From positions 96,001 to 160,000 of the forward strand of contig JBFWWG010000007.1 in NCBI GenBank assembly GCA_050246315.1: a stretch of 64,000 nucleotides of DNA, read 5' to 3'. Both the position numbers and the translations under genes were made by a program. Source of the DNA: Nitrospiraceae bacterium. GTDB lineage: Bacteria; Nitrospirota; Nitrospiria; Nitrospirales; Nitrospiraceae. Below the pieces are notes generated by a model that had not been told where the DNA came from, ran no database searches, and saw nothing but the letters and a program-made list of their open reading frames with translations. This document shows positions 19,052 through 29,111 of the stretch, piece by piece (the stretch's first letter is position 1; every line of letters begins with the position of its first letter).

Positions 19052-19651
19052 ATGGAAGAGTATCGCCGACAAGCTGATCAATCCCTGTCGCCCATCTTGG
19101 AAGGGACTGCGGTGCGGAAAGCGCCCCTTGAGTCCCCTCCTCAGCGAACACATGTTTGGCGTAGGAGGTTCGACGACTTGCACCCTCAGTCCCCGGAATG
19201 GACAGCGTGGCGAGATGAATCGTACACCGGACGGAAACTCCAACACCCGGCCTCCCGGTCTACGATGCATTTGCCAGGCAACGTTTCGCCTCAGGGCCTT
19301 GCCCCGACGACGTTGCGAGAGCGCATTCGGGTATTCATGATCGACAACCTCCATCGGGGGTTGACCTTGAAGGATCTGTCTGTATTTCTCGGATACTCGG
19401 AGAAATACTGCTCCGAATTGTTTCTAAAGATCATGGGAGAGCCGTTCTCGCGTTGGCGAGAACGGCTCCGAGTCCATGAAGCGAGACGCTTGTTGGCAAC
19501 CACTGCGACGTCGATGACGGACATCGCGGAATCGCTGGGCTTCTCGGATCAATTTTCGTTCAGCCACTTCTTCAAGAAAGCGGTCGGCTGTTCACCGCGA
19601 ATGTTCCGGACTCGATCGGTCAATCCGGCTCATCCACGAAGCTCCTGCTGA
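19052..19651 (+). CDS. AraC-family regulator (HTH only, short N-terminus)
   Basis: IAESLGFSDQFSFSHFFKKAVGCSP. The start is uncertain. Confidence 0.8.
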   Translation: MEEYRRQADQSLSPILEGTAVRKAPLESPPQRTHVWRRRFDDLHPQSPEWTAWRDESYTGRKLQHPASRSTMHLPGNVSPQGLAPTTLRERIRVFMIDNLHRGLTLKDLSVFLGYSEKYCSELFLKIMGEPFSRWRERLRVHEARRLLATTATSMTDIAESLGFSDQFSFSHFFKKAVGCSPRMFRTRSVNPAHPRSSC

Positions 19652-19825
19652 CTATCGCCAGAAACGGGAGTTACACCTCATGCCCTCACGAGGTGAGGTA
19701 ATGCTCCCTCGTCCGGCGCCCGGTAGAGACATGAAGGACCCGGCCACTCATTGCGAGGCGGCGCCGGCTCCGTGTACGAACCGCTCGCCTGGCCAGTCGC
19801 CGGTTCTCATTCCGCTCTTCCTCGT

Positions 19826-20203
19826 ATGGCAGGTGATTGGCTGGTGATCGTTTTCTTACTCTTTGCACCCTGAATCAACCATGGGACAAGACGGTGCTCG
19901 CGATCAGGTCCCCAACCGCACTCCGCCCATGACTACGCGGTCACCCGGCGCCACGCATTCGTCGCTTCCACAGGAACCGGACGGCTCGGTCAATTGATAA
20001 TCCCGCCGGGGATCGGGGAAAAGAGGGCCGAGCCTTCCCGGTCCGCACCGACCGATGTGGATGCCTCGTTTCGCCAGGTACCAGACCGTCTGCGCATGGC
20101 CAAGGTCGCCCATGCGAACGACAGTGCCGAAACGGTTTCGGCGCAAGTCGAGATGACCACTATCTGCGCCCCGTTCGAAGGAACGGCACTCACGTTCGTG
20201 TAA
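19826..20203 (+). pseudogene. Degenerate copy of the HlyD/MacA-type adaptor gene
   Basis: HDYAVTRRHAFVASTGTGRL and ICAPFEGT align with SGYVVAQRQASVASKGTGRL and IRAPFDGT of 20826..22085; in-frame TGA at 19871; truncated. Confidence 0.7.
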
Positions 20204-20271
20204 ATGGGCGAGACTAGTCGGGCGGGGGAGATGCCTCCTCGTAGCGCAGTGAGGCGTACAGGAAGATCCCT

Positions 20272-20829
20272 ATGGCAAGAATGCCGCAACCAGAGATCGA
20301 CTCAGACCGCACCCTGTCTTCGACAACCGAATGGCGTCGCCAGGTTCCGCCATGGGCTGCCAAGCTTGCTCACGTCAGCTCGGAGAAGGAACTGCTGGAG
20401 GCCGTCGCAGACCTCTGCAACTTCCGCCATGACGTGCCGTTCTGGGATGACGACACGGATCCGGAAGCCTCTCTCGCGGCGCGCATGGCAGCCTTCATTC
20501 ACGAGAACCTCCATAAGGGCTTGACCCTGAAGGTCCTCGCTCAATTCCTTGGGTATTCGGAAAAATACTGTTCTGAGCTCTTTCGCGACATCATGGGTGA
20601 ATCCTTTTCCTCTCATGTGAAGCGGCAGCGGCTCATCCATGCGACACGACTACTCAGCTCGACCGACAAGGGAATGGCGGAGATTGCCCGTGCTATTGGA
20701 TTTAGCGACCAATTCGCCTTCAGTCATTTCTTCAAGCGGGCGACAGGACTCTCACCCATCCAAATACGGACCCATGACAACGCAGGTTCTCGACAACGAA
20801 TGAGGAATCGCCGAACGGTGACACCATGA
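20272..20829 (+). CDS. AraC-family regulator (paralog of 19052..19651)
   Basis: NLHKGLTLK.L..FLGYSEKYCSELF is shared with the upstream copy; IGFSDQFAFSHFFK. Confidence 0.85.
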   Translation: MARMPQPEIDSDRTLSSTTEWRRQVPPWAAKLAHVSSEKELLEAVADLCNFRHDVPFWDDDTDPEASLAARMAAFIHENLHKGLTLKVLAQFLGYSEKYCSELFRDIMGESFSSHVKRQRLIHATRLLSSTDKGMAEIARAIGFSDQFAFSHFFKRATGLSPIQIRTHDNAGSRQRMRNRRTVTP

Positions 20830-22085
20830 CGGGAACGCCGATCCGCGACGCCGATGTGTCGGTCTTGACGTTGCCCCGAGATGAACCTCCTCATGGCCAT
20901 CGCACCTGCCGGACGCGCCTCGTCTGGACCATTGGGGTGCTCGCTGTCTGTTTGTGCATGATACTCCTGTACTGGTATGCGCCCTTCTTGTCCGCACGGC
21001 CGGAAGTGAGCACGGCACCGGTTCGGACTGTTGGCGGACAGGCGTCAAGCGCCCCGTTGATTGCCAGCGGCTATGTGGTGGCACAACGACAAGCATCGGT
21101 GGCATCCAAGGGTACCGGCCGTTTGGAATACCTTGGTGTGACGATAGGCAGTCGAGTCAGAACCGGAGATGTGGTCGCACGAGTCCAGCAAGACGATATC
21201 CGAGCGCTTCATCAGCAGGCTCGCGCACGTCTCGACGTGGCCAAGGCGGCCCTGATCAACGCCCAAGCCGAACGGCGTGACGCCCGGCAAAACTTTGCCC
21301 GGGCCGAGGCTCTGCTTCCAAACCAATACATCTCCCAGGCCGAAGTCGATATGGCTCAAAATCGCCTGCACCGTGCGGAGGCAGCGGTTCGCTCGTCCGA
21401 GGCAGCCATCACGGCTGCGGAGGCCGACGTCCAGACCGCCGATGTCATGCTGGAGAACACCGTGATCCGGGCCCCCTTTGACGGGACGGTTCTGAAGAAG
21501 TTCGCCGAGATCGGCGAGGTGGTTGCCCCTATGGCCAGCTCGGCTGGTTCACGGGGGGCCGTCGTTCTCATCGCGGATACGGCCTCCCTGGCCGTGGAAA
21601 CAGAAATTTCTGAAGCCTTGATCGCTCAAATCTCACCGAACCAACAAGCCGACATCGTTCTGGACGCGTTTCCCAACATACATTATCCGGCCGTCGTTGA
21701 GCAGGTTGTGCCCACCGCCGACCGCTCCAAAGGGACGGTCCTGGCCAAAGTGCGATTCAACAAGCTCGACGATCGAGTGCTGCCCGAAATGAGCGCGAAG
21801 GTCTCGTTTTCTCCCGCAGGCTCATCAGCGGATCCCGAGCCGGTGCGGATGTTTGTCCCCTCATCCTCGCTCGTGAGGACGAACGGCCAAACAGTACTTT
21901 ACGTACTCGAGGACGAAACTGCTCGCGAGGTTCCGGTTGAGGTGGTGGCCGAACAGGGGAGCGACAGTGAGATTCGCGGCTCGCTCGCATCGCCCGCCAC
22001 CGTCATTCTTGCCCCGCCCCGGTCGCTCACATCCGGATCCCGCGTTCGTTTCCACCCCGGCCACCAGGAGATAGCCCCACGATGA
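20826..22085 (+). CDS. Efflux periplasmic adaptor (HlyD/MacA family)
   Basis: TM anchor, lipoyl halves, coiled coil, IRAPFDG and LPEMSAKV. Confidence 0.9.
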   Translation: MTGTPIRDADVSVLTLPRDEPPHGHRTCRTRLVWTIGVLAVCLCMILLYWYAPFLSARPEVSTAPVRTVGGQASSAPLIASGYVVAQRQASVASKGTGRLEYLGVTIGSRVRTGDVVARVQQDDIRALHQQARARLDVAKAALINAQAERRDARQNFARAEALLPNQYISQAEVDMAQNRLHRAEAAVRSSEAAITAAEADVQTADVMLENTVIRAPFDGTVLKKFAEIGEVVAPMASSAGSRGAVVLIADTASLAVETEISEALIAQISPNQQADIVLDAFPNIHYPAVVEQVVPTADRSKGTVLAKVRFNKLDDRVLPEMSAKVSFSPAGSSADPEPVRMFVPSSSLVRTNGQTVLYVLEDETAREVPVEVVAEQGSDSEIRGSLASPATVILAPPRSLTSGSRVRFHPGHQEIAPR

Positions 22086-22750
22086 GTCAATCCGTCATCG
22101 AGTTCCACCGCGTCAATAAGTCTTACCGTCGAGGAGAACAGGAAGTGCCGGTGTTGCGCGATTTCAACCTGTCGATCCCCCCCACACAGTTTCTCGCCAT
22201 TATGGGACCATCTGGCTCGGGAAAGACCACGATCTTGAATCTGATCGCCGGGTTGGACCGTCCAAGCCAGGGCGTCATCCACGCCGCCGGCCTTACGGTC
22301 TCCGAACAACGGGAAACAGAATTGGCTCGATGGCGAGCACGGCATATCGGGTTCGTCTTTCAATTCTACAATCTCATTCCGGTTCTCACCGCGGCGGAAA
22401 ACGTCGAACTGCCGCTCCTGCTCAGCACCCTGACCAAACGAGAGCGGGCCAAACATGTGCAGGCGGCGCTCGGGCTGGTTGGTCTGAGCGATCGCGCGCA
22501 CCACTATCCGCGCCAGTTGTCCGGCGGTCAGGAACAACGGGTCGGGATCGCGCGCGCCATTGTGAGCGATCCCACCATTCTGCTGGCCGATGAGCCGACC
22601 GGCAACCTCGATCGGGATGCGGCCGACGCCGTCATGGGTCTCCTGACCCGCCTGCATCGGGACCTCAAGAAAACGATCCTGATGGTGACTCATGATCCGC
22701 GCGCCGCCGAGCACGCGCACAGCATCCTCCAACTGGACAAAAGCAGGTGA
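22082..22750 (+). CDS. ABC transporter ATP-binding protein (LolD/MacB type)
   Basis: GPSGSGKT, LSGGQEQR and LADEPTGNLD. Confidence 0.93.
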   Translation: MSQSVIEFHRVNKSYRRGEQEVPVLRDFNLSIPPTQFLAIMGPSGSGKTTILNLIAGLDRPSQGVIHAAGLTVSEQRETELARWRARHIGFVFQFYNLIPVLTAAENVELPLLLSTLTKRERAKHVQAALGLVGLSDRAHHYPRQLSGGQEQRVGIARAIVSDPTILLADEPTGNLDRDAADAVMGLLTRLHRDLKKTILMVTHDPRAAEHAHSILQLDKSR

Positions 22751-22758
22751 ATTAACGA

Positions 22759-23928
22759 ATGACGCTGAGTACATTCATATTGCGCAATGCAAGACGGCAT
22801 CCCCTTCGAGTGGCGCTGACCGCCTTGGGGATCGCCACCGTTATTCTCGCGTTCAATCTCGTCGTCACCACGGTTCGCGCCTGGTACGCAGGCGTCGAGG
22901 CTTCCGTCCCGAACAGACTGATTACCCGCCACGCCGCGTCGCTCTCGATCCACCTGCCGCTGGCCTATCGGAATCGTATTGCTTCGCTCGACGGCGTGAC
23001 CGGCGTCACCTTCGCCAATTGGTTTGGAGGCGTCTATCGGGACGCCAAGGGCTTTTTCCCCCAATTCGCCGTCGACCCCGGTTCGTTTCTCGATCTCCAC
23101 GAAGAAGTGCGGATCACGACAGACGAGCGACAGGCGTTCCTCGCCGACCGCCGAGGCTGCTTGGTCGGTCGCCGGCTTGCTGCGCAATACGGGTGGAAGA
23201 CCGGCGATGTCATTACGCTCAAAGGTACGCTGTATCCGGGCGACTGGGATTTTGTCGTCCGAGGCATCTACCACGGGGCCGATTCCGGAGCCGATGAAAC
23301 CTGGATGTTGATCCGCTGGGACTATATGAATGAGCGACGACGACAAGTGGATCCCGACCGCTCCAACACGGTGGGCTGGTACATCATTCGCGTAGCCGAT
23401 CCGATTCAAGCCGGTAATATTTCGAGATCGGTGGATGCAGAGTTCGCCAACTCCATGGCGGAGACCAGGACGGAAACCGAACAGGCTTTCCAGATGGGCT
23501 TTGTCGCAATGTCGGGGGCTATCATCGGCGCCTTGAAAGTTCTCGCCATTGTCCTCAACGGCATCACTCTCCTCGTTTTGGCCAACACCCTCGTGATGGC
23601 AGTGCGCGAGCGGACGAAGGAACTCGCCGTGATGCGGACCTTGGGATTCCGCTCATCACACCTGATTGCGCTCGTCACGGGGGAAGCCCTGGTGATAGCC
23701 GGACTGGGAGCGGGGTTGGGGATCCTCCTCACGATCCCCGCGAATCATCTCTACGCGGTACTGGTCGAGTCCAAGCTCGGTAATTTCTTTCAACACATGT
23801 ACCTGTATCCCACCACTCTGTTGTTGAGCGCAGTGGTGACGTTCGGTATCGCCGTCGGCGCATCGGTCGTGCCCGTTGCCGTGGTGTTGCGCGCGAAGGT
23901 AGCGCAGGGCCTTCGTCATGTCGGGTAG
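22759..23928 (+). CDS. ABC transporter permease (MacB/FtsX family)
   Basis: RN..R...R..LT start, periplasmic domain and VRERTKELAVMRTLGF. Confidence 0.9.
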   Translation: MTLSTFILRNARRHPLRVALTALGIATVILAFNLVVTTVRAWYAGVEASVPNRLITRHAASLSIHLPLAYRNRIASLDGVTGVTFANWFGGVYRDAKGFFPQFAVDPGSFLDLHEEVRITTDERQAFLADRRGCLVGRRLAAQYGWKTGDVITLKGTLYPGDWDFVVRGIYHGADSGADETWMLIRWDYMNERRRQVDPDRSNTVGWYIIRVADPIQAGNISRSVDAEFANSMAETRTETEQAFQMGFVAMSGAIIGALKVLAIVLNGITLLVLANTLVMAVRERTKELAVMRTLGFRSSHLIALVTGEALVIAGLGAGLGILLTIPANHLYAVLVESKLGNFFQHMYLYPTTLLLSAVVTFGIAVGASVVPVAVVLRAKVAQGLRHVG

Positions 23929-24043
23929 TCGGTCCTGCCATGTTGGTTCCGTTTTCTTGTTCGGTCATGAACGCACATCGCTTCCCGCTCGAAGCACAAT
24001 GCAAGCGAGGGTTGTTCTAGAAGTCATTTCGAAACCCTATGAC

Positions 24044-24122
24044 CGTACCTCGACGAGCTCAGCACGAATGCAGGAATATCCTCTTTTCATGAACAGATCC
24101 GCTTGCCCTGAGCCGGTCGAAG
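24044..24122. repeat. REP-like inverted pair
   Basis: TCGACGAGCTCAG (24050-24062) and CTGAGCCGGTCGA (24108-24120), 11/13 complementary. Confidence 0.5.
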
Positions 24123-24191
24123 CCTGCGGGGAGTGCATCGAACCGAGTGAACGGAAGGTTTTGAAATGACTCCTAGTCCAAAAGTCCACCG

Positions 24192-25202
24192 ATGAGAACA
24201 TTGCTCCTGACAATTGTGATGCTCGTACTCAGGTGGAATCGCGCGGACGCCCGGTCGCCACAGGAAATCGCCGATAGGCAACCCGGCGGGATTGAACCCG
24301 ACGAGATCAAGCTCTTCGTCGAAATGCCGGCAAGTGCCCGTGTGGTGCTCGCCGGAACAGTCGCCTAGGTCCGTGAGTTATCGCGTCAGACCATGCTGTG
24401 CCGGGTCTCGCAAGGGTTCAGTAGGAGAATCGGTCTCATGTCCTTGGACGACATCGGACGGGTCTGCATCAGCGTTCGTCGGGAGTTCCGGTTGAGCGAT
24501 AGCCAAGTGCGCAAGATTCAGTCGCCCTTCGAGACCGCTCTGCGGAACCTGTTGCGGCTCGGGAAGGAAATCGATCTCGGTCGTGGGGAGGCCGACCGAC
24601 TGGTGATGCGACCGGATATGGACCCGCAGGTGATCCGCGCACAACGTCAGAAGACCGGCAAAAACCGAAGGACGATGGTTCAGCAGGCACCTCGATGTCT
24701 CCGAGAAGCTCGCCGATCAGGCGACGGAGGAGCAGCGCAGCAACCTCGTCGCTCTCGAGAAACAGGCTCCGCAGACCCCATGGACGAGAGGCAGGACAAG
24801 GCAGGCCGCCACTGGGATGGCCGGCGCCGGTCATGGCTATAATCCGAATCACCTCGGCTTCGAGTCTTTTCTCGCTCAGATCGGTCGACTCGGCCTCACG
24901 GCGGAACACATCGCGGCCCTGGTGCACGTCACAAACGAGACACGAAAATGGTCTTGATGAAACAGGCCATGCTCAAGGGCGCGGAATTAGCGCTCATGAA
25001 CCTGCTTCGGCCGCAGACGAACACGACGGTGCCGCAGGAAATGTTCGCCCCGGCCGCTCAAGAGGTCGAGCGGATTAGGAGTCGAATGACTTGCGCGAAC
25101 GTATTGGGTTATTTCAACGCGCGGCAGATTCCCACTCCGCCGGAGCAACAGCACGTGCATGCGACGGACACCCTGAAGAATAGCCGCCAGGGTGGCCTAT
25201 GA
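24192..25202 (+). pseudogene. Two-domain Spy/CpxP (LTXXQ)-like periplasmic protein, disrupted
   Basis: Signal-like start at 24192, in-frame TAG at 24366, +1 shift near 24690 and -1 shift near 24948. The rebuilt protein has LSDSQ, TEEQR, LGLTAEH and PTPPEQ. Its final TGA overlaps the next ATG. Confidence 0.6.
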
Positions 25203-26371
25203 GCCTCCTATGGACCTACAGTCTCCGCAACCTGTGGGTGCGCGGGAGTACGACCGCACTCACCGTCGCCGGATTGGCTCTGGTCAGCCTGGTGCTCCTG
25301 GCCGTACTCATGTTGGGCAACGGCCTCAACGCCGCGCTCATCGAGAGCGGCTCGCCCGACAATGTCCTGCTGTTGCGAAAGGGCGCGACGACCGAGATCG
25401 CGAGCGGCATCTATCGCGACCAGGTGCACATCATCCGTACGCTTCCAGGCATTGCCCAGACTGCGGAGGGAGGACCACTCGCCATTCCAGAATTGGTAGT
25501 TCTGATCAGTCTCGCCAAACAGGGGACCGCAACCCCGGCTAACGTCGTGGTTCGCGGAACGCAGCCGGAGGCGTTCACCCTACGCTCCCAGTCCCGCCTG
25601 ACTCAGGGACGCCAGTGGCGACCGGGCACCACGGAGCTCGTCATTGGAAATCAGATCGCACAACGCTTCCTGCCGAAGGGCATCGGTTCGTCTCTTCGGA
25701 TCGGAAAGCGAGAATGGCTCGTCGTCGGTATTCTGGACGCACAGGGAACGGCCTTCGACACCGAAATCTGGGGCGATGTCGATCAACTCATGGCAACCTA
25801 CGGGCGCGACTCCTACAGCTCGCTGACACTTCGTCTTTCCCGCCCGGACGCCTTCCAGCAGATTGGAGAGGCCATTGGGGCCGATCCCCGACTGATGCTT
25901 CAGGTGAAACGCGAACGCGAGTACTACCGAGAGAAATCCCTGACCATGGCCATGTTTATTCGCTTCCTCGGGCTGACGTTCACGTTCATCTTCGCCTTGG
26001 GGGCGATTCTCGGAGGGACGATGACGATGTATGGCTCCGTGGCCGCCAGAACTCGGGAAATCGGGATGCTCCGCGCGCTGGGCTTCAGCCGCTACAGAAT
26101 TCTCGCTACGTTCTTGTTCGAGTCTCTTTTGCTCGGTGGACTGGCCGGATCACTCGCCATCGCGGGAGGTTTGGGTTTACAGTTCGTCACGCTCTCGACC
26201 ATGAACTGGAGTACATTCTCAGAGCTGACATTTCGCCTGACGTTGACTCCAGCATCGATCGTCATCACCCTGTGTTTCGCGATCGCCATTGGCATGCTGG
26301 GAGGAATCCCGCCAGCCCTAAGAGCCGCCCGCGTCATGGTGACCGCCGCGCTGCACGCACCGGGCCGGTAA
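25199..26371 (+). CDS. ABC transporter permease (MacB/FtsX family), second subunit
   Basis: YSLRNL..R..T..LT and TMYGSVAARTREIGMLRALGF. Confidence 0.9.
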   Translation: MSLLWTYSLRNLWVRGSTTALTVAGLALVSLVLLAVLMLGNGLNAALIESGSPDNVLLLRKGATTEIASGIYRDQVHIIRTLPGIAQTAEGGPLAIPELVVLISLAKQGTATPANVVVRGTQPEAFTLRSQSRLTQGRQWRPGTTELVIGNQIAQRFLPKGIGSSLRIGKREWLVVGILDAQGTAFDTEIWGDVDQLMATYGRDSYSSLTLRLSRPDAFQQIGEAIGADPRLMLQVKREREYYREKSLTMAMFIRFLGLTFTFIFALGAILGGTMTMYGSVAARTREIGMLRALGFSRYRILATFLFESLLLGGLAGSLAIAGGLGLQFVTLSTMNWSTFSELTFRLTLTPASIVITLCFAIAIGMLGGIPPALRAARVMVTAALHAPGR

Positions 26372-26469
26372 GCGTGTCATCCCGTATTCCGGTATCACTT
26401 ACCTGGAAAGAAAACATATCGATCAGGCGATCGAACATGTACACATCATTGAAAGTCGCTATAGGATTT

Positions 26470-26484
26470 TGACGATCGTTCTCA
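26470..26484. promoter_or_regulatory. Fur-box-like palindrome (weaker)
   Basis: TGACGAT-C-GTTCTCA in an AT-rich patch upstream of the chelatase-like gene. Confidence 0.45.
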
Positions 26485-26531
26485 TGTCATGAACCCATAC
26501 CTCCATCGTCTATGATCCATCGGAATAGCCC

Positions 26532-26665
26532 GCAGGCTGTTCAACCGCCCGACATGCTCACCTACCCGCTCCCGGCATACTGGTCTCACCTGCCCACCTT
26601 TCGATCGCTTTGCAATCGATCTTCCGAGACGCACCATTTCAAGGGCGCGGCCGAAGCGAGCAGGA
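26532..26665 (+). repeat. Degenerate MITE-like element
   Basis: GCAGGCTGTTCAACCGCCCGACATGCTCACC resembles the left end of the 59110 element. Confidence 0.45.
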
Positions 26666-26937
26666 TGTCGGCCTACCGGCACTCGTCATTCGTATGGGAA
26701 TGTCCGGTCATGGCGACCTGTCTGATTCAGCGTCGGTCGATTGGCGGTTGACGATTGTGGCATGCCGGTCAACCCAATGGGCTAGAACAAAGCCGGTGGA
26801 CTTTCTCAGCATCCTGGCTGGTCGGTTCCGCTCTATCACTCGCTCAGGGACATACCAGGCCTCCAACGAGGCATGAGTCCGGGCATTGCTGAATTGGGGC
26901 GACTTTTCACATCGCACGTGGCGCGAGGAGGTACCGT

Positions 26938-27861
26938 ATGCGTGGCATTTGTGCCGCTCTCGTTCTTTCCCTTCTGGCAGTTCCATACGATAGCCCGGCG
27001 GCGGACAGTTCGGTGGGCACCACCAAAATCGGCGTGTTGCTGGTCAACCATGGCTCACGCTCGGAGACATGGCGGAACGGCCTCTTGCAGTTGGAAGCGA
27101 ACGTCGCCCCGACTATCCTGAAGCAGCCGCGGGTGAGTGGGGTCAAGACGGCGTTCATGGAGTATACGGAGCCGTCCATCGCGACCCGCCTCAAGGAATT
27201 CGACCGGGATCACTACACGGACATCATTCTGATTCCCGTATTCCTGACCGTCAGCCCCCATACGTTCGACGACATTCCGACCATTGTCGGATTGAAGGAG
27301 GACCCGCATTCCATGCAGCAACTCAAAATCGAGAACATCCAACGCTACACTCCCCGCGCAAAGGTCCACATCACGCCGCCCCTTGATTTTACCGACTTAC
27401 TGCAACACAACTTGCTCCGTCGCGTATCAGCGCTCTCGAAGAACCCGGCCCAGGAAGGGATCGTCCTCATCGGCTATGGCGACGAGACGTACGACAGGGA
27501 ATGGGTCGAGTTGTTCAACAAGACAGCGGATTTTATCCGACAGCGGACGGGAATTAGCGCTTATGCCTATGGCTGGTGCGGCCATATCGCGGACTATAAA
27601 CCCGAGGAAACGACCGTGGCCATCAATACCGTTCTCAAGTCGGCGCGGACAGCCTTGGTGATTCCCGTCCTTGTCGCACACGACGAGACGTTCCAGATCA
27701 AAATTATCGGCACCGGGATTGCCCGGGTACCCGACAACCGGGAGCGTGTGGTGTACAAGCCGGATTCCATTCTTCCAGACCCTCGCTTGGAGGAATGGGT
27801 GATCACCATCGCACAGCAGTACGCCCACAAGATTCAACCCCGGCTGTCGCGGGCACAGTAA
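26938..27861 (+). CDS. Exported CbiX/SirB-family chelatase-like protein
   Basis: Signal peptide; GVLLVNHGSR, AFMEYTEPSI and IPVFLTVSPH (both class II chelatase His positions present). Confidence 0.8.
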   Translation: MRGICAALVLSLLAVPYDSPAADSSVGTTKIGVLLVNHGSRSETWRNGLLQLEANVAPTILKQPRVSGVKTAFMEYTEPSIATRLKEFDRDHYTDIILIPVFLTVSPHTFDDIPTIVGLKEDPHSMQQLKIENIQRYTPRAKVHITPPLDFTDLLQHNLLRRVSALSKNPAQEGIVLIGYGDETYDREWVELFNKTADFIRQRTGISAYAYGWCGHIADYKPEETTVAINTVLKSARTALVIPVLVAHDETFQIKIIGTGIARVPDNRERVVYKPDSILPDPRLEEWVITIAQQYAHKIQPRLSRAQ

Positions 27862-28457
27862 TGATGACCTCGGCAAAACAACGCATCGCTTGGCCGGAAT
27901 CCGACAGGCTCACGCGATGGAATCTTGTGGCTCATCGCGACATCGGATATGCCTGTGCCTCGTTGATTCTTGCCTATTGCCTGTCCGGCATCGCGCTGAA
28001 CCATATCGGCGACTGGAATCCCGACTTCGTCATTTCCAAGCGCATGGTGTTGCTGCCACGTCCGTACACGAAGGAAGAGATCACGCGTGAACATCTGGCT
28101 GAATTCGGCCGGATGGTCGACGAGAACGACTACAAGGTGTACGACTTTCCAACCTCCGACCAGGTCAAGATCTATTATGACAATGCGTCACTCCATCTTC
28201 ACTTGGGCACAGGGCAAGGCACCTACGAGAAAGTCTCGCGAAGACCAGTCCTGTATGAGGCCAATGTCCTGCACCTCAATCGCCTCAAAGGCTGGAAGTG
28301 GGCGTCGGACGTGTTTGCGCTGATCCTCATCGTCTTGAGCGTGACCGGACTCTTTGTCCTGCGCGGGAAGTATGGGCTCGCCCGCCGGGGAAAATGGCTC
28401 GTGGCCGCCGGCATGCTGCCTCCCCTGCTGGCGCTCCTCCTTTTCGAGCTAAAATAA
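27861..28457 (+). CDS. PepSY-associated TM helix protein
   Basis: HRDIGY.....ILAYCLSGIALNH and LHLN...WKW.SDVFA..LI...TGL; TAATG coupling to the upstream gene. Confidence 0.8.
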   Translation: MMTSAKQRIAWPESDRLTRWNLVAHRDIGYACASLILAYCLSGIALNHIGDWNPDFVISKRMVLLPRPYTKEEITREHLAEFGRMVDENDYKVYDFPTSDQVKIYYDNASLHLHLGTGQGTYEKVSRRPVLYEANVLHLNRLKGWKWASDVFALILIVLSVTGLFVLRGKYGLARRGKWLVAAGMLPPLLALLLFELK

Positions 28458-29111
28458 TCGGTCAGGGAATGGCGGGTCGGCACACGCTGGCTTGCCAACT
28501 TCGTAGGCGCCGGTCGAGTACGATCACCACTCTCCTTGCAGACCACGCTTCGACAATGCGGCCTGTGTTTGTCCGGAGTTCTCGTGTCTGCAGGCAGCAA
28601 GCTGCCCAGACACAGAACCCCGTTATCGGTGAACCACACCATGATACCGACCTGCCGGCAACATGTAGGAGTATAGCCCAATGCTGGGCTTCATTGGGCC
28701 TCCGCCGCCGCATTCGATTACCTGGATGCGGAGGGGCACTTTGCTGCGACTTCGCATCCTGGCCAGAGACCCGTTGCAGGCTGAGAACAATGGATGCCCG
28801 GAGGCGGATCGGCGATTGCAGTAGAAGCGTTTAGGACTACTTCGGTTTAGAACCTGAGGATTGCCTTATGCCCGTCGTTCGCGGGAGAAGGGGAGAGCTT
28901 TCCGCGAGGACACGGGGTGATCGAAGAACACCTGAAGCGGGCCGCCCCACAGCATGGATCACAGCTCTTCCACGATTCTGAAACAGAGTATGACTGGGAC
29001 CGGATGGCGGTGCACCTCGCTGCAACGACGACCGTCGCCATCCAGTCCCCTCACTCGTACGTCTCCCCTGTCTGTGAGGCAACACCGGCACTTCCAGAAG
29101 GAGGTCTTCCC

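Noticed and set aside
24469..24927. Minus-strand ORF containing RIIAMTGAGHPSGGL, resembling a transketolase N-terminus
   Set aside because: The match is only about 12 residues, and the plus strand is better explained by the Spy/CpxP-like pseudogene.
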